Shown: piece by piece, positions 22,950-24,000 of the stretch
Position numbering within the stretch: the stretch's first letter is position 1
Layout of the letters: each line of letters starts with the position of its first letter
Origin: Sinobaca qinghaiensis
GTDB lineage: Bacteria > Bacillota > Bacilli > Bacillales > Marinococcaceae
Assembly: GCF_003610495.1 (NCBI RefSeq)
Contig: NZ_RAPK01000008.1
Location: 147,296-171,295, forward strand
Direction: 5' to 3'
DNA: 24,000 bases
Made by a program: the position numbers and the translations under genes
Notes under the pieces: model-generated
Seen by the model: the letters and a program-made list of their open reading frames with translations, nothing else
Databases searched by the model: none
Told to the model about the DNA's origin: nothing

Positions 22950-24000
22950 TTATTTTCCAAAAGAAGATAAAAACTTTACCCGGTCACCCATCGGGGGAAC
23001 CTGCTCATCGACCAGTTCAATTTCCAGAAGGGAAGGACCGTCTGCTTTCATAAGCGTTTTCCTTTTAATCCCCTCCAGCTCTTCTAAGCTCGAGGCTTTA
23101 AAAGCGGGGATTCCCATCGCTTCCACCATGGCTTTGATCGAAACGGGTTTCTGACTGAAGCGGTGGTGTGCACGTTTATATTGAAGGCTGTGGCCATGAT
23201 GGACCATTCCCAGCCGGGCGTTATTAATCACAATAAACACCACAGGCAGATTATATTCTTTTGCTGTAAGTATTTCCATTCCATGCATAAAAAAGCAGCC
23301 GTCGCCGGTAATGCAGGCACTTGGCTTATCAGGCTGCGCAATTTTTGCGCCAATCGCCCCTCCAATAGCGCTTCCCATTGCACCGAAATGAACATTTATG
23401 TCGAACGTATCTTTTTCCAGCACATTCATATGATGAACTACATAAGCCATAAATTCCCCTATATCCACTATATAGCGGGTATCTGCAGGCAGAAGAGACT
23501 GCACTTCATGAAGAACCGTCTGGGTATTAAATATTTTCGGCTCTTTATCCGGAGCTCCGCTGTTTTCTTCAAGAAATGGTTTAGGCTGTATTAAGGGCAG
23601 AAGCTGTTTCAGAAACAAAGAAAGATCACTCTCGATCCGAAGATCCACCGGATACTTCCGGTCAAATACCGCGGGATCATGATCGGCCTGAATGACATAA
23701 CGTCCGTTTGCTATGCACGGGTTCCAATTGTTCGTCGCTGTTTCTCCAAGGCTTGAACCGAGAACCAGAACGGTCTGATAGTCTGCATCATTCATTATCT
23801 CAGAAGCCTCTTCCATCCCGGCAAATCCAAAAATACCTTTCATCCGTGGATGGGAATCCGCGATAATGCCTTTGGCCTGCGGACTTGTAATAATTGGCCA
23901 CTGCAGCTGTTCTGCCAAAGCTTCAACCTCGTCTGCAGACTGGCGGATACCCTGACCGGCGAAAATAATACCTTTTTCACATGCATTCAGCTGTTCTGCC
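22950..24000 (-). CDS. Thiamine-pyrophosphate-binding enzyme, acetolactate-synthase-like (central and C-terminal domains; 5' end outside the window)
   Basis: The TPP-binding motif is GDGCFFMHG...NNARLGMV. The listed start at 23918 is a TTG inside an open frame. Translating 23919-24000 gives ..CEKGIIFAGQGIRQSADEVEAL, a typical ALS middle-domain sequence, so the gene continues past base 24000. Confidence 0.8.
   Translation of the reverse strand, partial: AEQLNACEKGIIFAGQGIRQSADEVEALAEQLQWPIITSPQAKGIIADSHPRMKGIFGFAGMEEASEIMNDADYQTVLVLGSSLGETATNNWNPCIANGRYVIQADHDPAVFDRKYPVDLRIESDLSLFLKQLLPLIQPKPFLEENSGAPDKEPKIFNTQTVLHEVQSLLPADTRYIVDIGEFMAYVVHHMNVLEKDTFDINVHFGAMGSAIGGAIGAKIAQPDKPSACITGDGCFFMHGMEILTAKEYNLPVVFIVINNARLGMVHHGHSLQYKRAHHRFSQKPVSIKAMVEAMGIPAFKASSLEELEGIKRKTLMKADGPSLLEIELVDEQVPPMGDRVKFLSSFGK

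Noticed and set aside
1-24000. Scan for CRISPR arrays, tRNA/rRNA genes, IS elements, prophage genes or recognised defence-system gene sets.
   Set aside because: I saw no regularly spaced direct repeats, no cloverleaf-like or rRNA-like segments, and no transposase, integrase, nuclease or methylase ORFs. All ORFs of 100 aa or more that are not shadow ORFs have metabolic, transport, regulatory or repair family signatures.

Overview
The window looks like an ordinary chromosomal segment of a Bacillales-like Firmicute. It has AGGAGG-type ribosome-binding sites, GC-rich rho-independent terminators, a THI-box, a PRD regulator and a cre-like site. I support 22 protein-coding genes (two cut by the window edges). 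I saw no rRNA, tRNA, CRISPR array, transposase or integrase. Left to right: EamA permease (partial); flavin reductase and an HSL-type esterase (- strand); an egtB-egtD ergothioneine pair (+); a TPP riboswitch driving ylmB-tenA thiamine-pyrimidine salvage (-); corA; a pyruvate-oxidase-like TPP enzyme; a UvrD/PcrA-like helicase with a C-terminal zinc ribbon; an M20 amidohydrolase; a visibly AT-richer five-gene block on the - strand (PRD regulator, class II ketose-bisphosphate aldolase, fructose-type PTS IIA/IIB/IIC); a TauE/SafE permease; two tandem family-4-like uracil-DNA-glycosylase paralogues; an SDR plus YqcI/YcgG operon next to an HxlR-type regulator; and a partial acetolactate-synthase-like TPP enzyme. 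The most unusual items are: (1) the tandem UDG-like pair, which lacks the Fe-S cysteines and carries a basic loop insertion; (2) egtB-egtD in a Bacillus-like context, with an EgtB reading frame that extends upstream of any canonical start codon; (3) the Cys-containing HxlR regulator next to the SDR-YqcI/YcgG operon of unknown function; (4) the AT-rich PTS/aldolase block with no sugar-phosphate kinase. All family calls come from motif recognition by eye. No database search was run.
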